Origin: Callorhinchus milii | Lineage: Eukaryota | Direction of reading: 5' to 3' | Length of the DNA stretch: 64,000 nucleotides | Assembly (NCBI RefSeq): GCF_018977255.1 | Contig: NW_024704742.1 | Coordinates: 135,224,001-135,288,000, forward strand | Shown here: positions 60,762 through 64,000 of the stretch, piece after piece | Position numbering within the stretch: the stretch's first letter is position 1 | Layout of the letters: each line of letters opens with the position of its first letter | The notes under the pieces: generated by a model | Database searches by the model: none | What the model saw: only the letters and a program-made list of their open reading frames with translations | What the model was told of the DNA's origin: nothing | Position numbers and translations under genes: made by a program

Positions 60762-63325
60762 TCAATACTTTGGTCCCTCAATCCACTACTGTTTGTGGGA
60801 CACTGTTGTGCACAATTGGCTGCCGCGATTCGCCCACAAAATATACAGTCAATTCATTTTACAATATGTTCTGTGAAGCACTTTCTTATTTGTTACAGCA
60901 ATGATCTGTATGCACTGGGCACATTTTTTTGCCAGCAGATTAGGATAATAATCGTTGCATTCGATATAGAGCCTTATCATGTCTTCGAGGCGTCTCAAAG
61001 CGCTTCATGGAATATATTGCGAAGTGAATTGACTTCATATTTTGTGGGCGAAACGCGGCAGCCAATTGCGCACAGCAGTGAATTGAGGTACACTTTGATG
61101 CAGCTTATAAAACTTTGATTGATTATATTCAATGATCTTTAACAGCTTTTCTTTGGGGGGGTTGGGGGGAAGAGATGAAACAGGCAGGAGGGGGTGGGTG
61201 GGGGGGGAAGAGAGCATCAGTTTCCAGTGACAGAGCTTAGCTGGTGTTAAAAGCAGCATCAGAAACAGGGGCCAAACAGTGGGTCGCTCATGCTGTCACT
61301 CGCATTAAGGGAGACTCGTGCTCTGGTTCCCTTTTCCGCCAGTAATTGGTCTCTCTGTGCTTTCCAGCTCTCTCATCATGTAGGTGGCTAACGTATGAGA
61401 CAGGCTACCTGCTGAGGACATCCTTCTGCTGGAAAACAAACTAACAATGTTCCGCACACCAGCTAGCTGCGCCAAGCCAAGGCAACCGCTCGCTTTCACT
61501 GTTAACTCTTCAGGAATCAGAGAGGACTTTACCGAGGTGACCCTCTGCGTTTATGGGGATTATTTGTAATAATAATTTGCGGAGTCCTGTAGCGGCTTAG
61601 CACGCGCGCCTCGCAAGCGAGAGGACTTGGGTTAGATTCATGGAAGGGCGAAACCTCAGGCAAGTTACCTAGCATTAAGTCGTCGATCAGCGGATCGCTT
61701 TCTGGGGGTAATAATCCCTACAAAAAAATGAGGTCACTCAATCCATACACAACATACACAGTCAATCCGCTTTACAATATATTCTGTGAAGCGCTTTGAG
61801 ATGGTCAAAATGGTCACTCACTCCATGGCTGTTGGTGGGACACTGCGGTGTGCCAATTACTGCTGTGTTTTGCCCACAAAATATACAGTCAATTCACTTT
61901 ACAGAATATTCTGTAAAGCGCATTGAAACGTCTCAATAACATAATAAGGTGCTATATCAAATGCAAGGATTATTATTATTATTAATTACAGTGTAACCTG
62001 TGAAGCCTTTTGAGACGTCCTCCTGATGTGAAAGGCTTCAAGTTAAATTGGGAAAAAAGGAAGTGCATCCATTTTTCTAGCGCTTTACCCATCGCAAACC
62101 TCTTTCGAGGAATTATTCTCAAGTGCATGGACTGTTGGTGAACCCGGCAGACATTTTAAACACAGCAATGTCCCGCAAAGTGCCATGACTGGAGTTTGGT
62201 GGGATTTAGTGAGTTAACAGTGGATTGAGGGGTGAAAGCTGGGTCAGTTTGCGGTACCCTCGATAGTTGACCAGAAGCCTGTGGGTTCAAGCAACATGTC
62301 AAGGTTTTGAGTCACATTCCGGGTTAATATCCCATCTCAAGTTCAGGCAGCACCTCTGACAATGAACAGTTTCCCCCAATGCTTCCCTGGAATGTATCTC
62401 TTCAACTTAATAATAATCATAACAATCTTTGCATTTGATATAGCCCCTAATCACGTGCGCTTCATGGAATATACTGTATCCCACCATCCGTTGTGGATTG
62501 AGTGACCACATTTGTTTTCGAGGGATAGTTATTCCCGGAAAGCGATCCGCCAAACAACAAGGTTCCTACTTACTGCCTGGTAAGCAAAGGCGTGTGGAGT
62601 CAGGAAACTTGCCTAAGTTTTCGCCCTGCCCGGGAATTGAATCCGGGTCCTCTCGTTTGAGAGACGAGTGATCTAACGAATACGCTACGGTACTCTTACC
62701 TCTTTGACCGGGACTAAAGTCTCCTCCCACTTCCCCTTCTCCCTCACTTAGTGTTCAACCCCACCACAATTGTTGTTGTTGTTTTTAGCATATAAGGACT
62801 CCAACACCAAACCTGCCCACAGAGAAACGGACACGAGCAGAGGGGCCCCTATTAACGTCATTGGGCTCTCTGGCTGCTCTGGACGAGTAGACCTTCCCAC
62901 ATCTGAAGGCTGTCTGTCACAGACCACTGGACAAGTTATATTCTCTGTCCCACTTTCGACGTTATGGGTTGAAACATGTCTGTCTGCGAACAGCCTGAGG
63001 GCCTTTTCAGAGAGAGCTCAGCCATCTGTTTGGATGAGAGACTGGAAGCATCTCTGGACTGAAGCTAAAAGCTGCTGGTTTTGATGGAGAGATTTAAGAC
63101 CTGCACTTTTATTTTAACAATTTTTTTTAATATAATAAATAAGCTTTCAATGATTTTTCCATTTACCATCCAGAGATTTAATTTGAGCGTGTGTCTGTGT
63201 GTATATATGAATGTGCATATAAAATTCCCTTTTGTAATAATAATCCTTGTCTTTGATACATCGCTATTTCAGTCAGGAGGATGTCTTAAAGCGCTTCTCA
63301 GGATTTTACAGGTTCCTTCACAGAT

Positions 63326-63758
63326 AGCGCTCTCGCCTCTGTGTCAGAAGGTTGTGATTTCAAGCTCCACGTCGGGACTTGAAATCACATAGTCTAAGTT
63401 GACACTCCAATACAGCGCTGGGGGTATATTTAATCGTCGGAGGTGACGTCCTTTGCATAAGTCGTTAAACCGAGGTTCCGTCTGCCTGTTCACGTGGATG
63501 TTAAAGATCCCGTGGCACTATTTGAAAAGAGAAGGGAGTTTCTCTCTCCCGGTGTCCTGGCCAACAACACCCTCAAATAAAATTAGTTACTCACTGATTT
63601 GTGGGACTGTTTATGGGACACCGCTGTGCACAAAACTGGCTGTTTCTTTCCACTCACAAAATACACAGATAATCCACTTGACAGTATATCCTGAAAAGTG
63701 CTTTGAGACATCGCAACGACATGATAAATGCTATATCAGATACAAGGATTATTATTAT
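63326..63758 (+). mobile_element. Full Deu-domain SINE (SacSINE1-like)
   Basis: gtcggaggtgacgtc...gttaaaccgagg...aagatcccgtggcactatttgaaaagag...cccggtgtcctggccaac Deu core; (ATT)n tail. Confidence 0.85.
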
Positions 63759-64000
63759 AAATAAATGGCGGGGGGGGGGGGTAGGGGAGGCGGAGGGGGA
63801 AGGGTGGGTAAGTGGGACTGAGAGGATGGCTCTTCAAAAGAGACCCGACGGGCCAAATGGCATTGTGCTGTGCTGTAAAAGTCTGTGGTTGTATGACTCC
63901 CCGAAGCACACCGCGTGTCTAATTGTTGTGAAATAAGGTGACAGCTGTACAGCAGACAGCATCTCTCCTCTCTGGCCGGTTTGGGTGCAAAATCCTGGTT

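Overview
Vertebrate genomic DNA, most likely from a cartilaginous fish. The dominant tRNA-Ala/Deu-type SINE and the L2/CR1 content suggest a chimaera such as Callorhinchus; this is inference. The only protein-coding gene I can support is TXNL1 (thioredoxin-like 1: CGPC thioredoxin domain plus PITH domain) on the + strand, with exons 2-8 at 26168-35371. I could not find coding exon 1 in the window. A ~12 kb block (4836-16937) is repeated almost identically (16963-29527) across a 25-N gap, duplicating exons 2-3; this looks like a haplotype or assembly false duplication. Each copy holds a multi-kb, extremely G-skewed minisatellite next to a promoter-like segment and a candidate spliced minus-strand non-coding or 5'UTR transcript. 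The rest is dense SINE/L2/CR1 sequence with a few non-repetitive, motif-rich islands that may be enhancers. I found no convincing new biological system. The best leads are the self-complementary SINE that nests antisense into itself, the G-rich array with the missing exon 1, and the divergent transcript.
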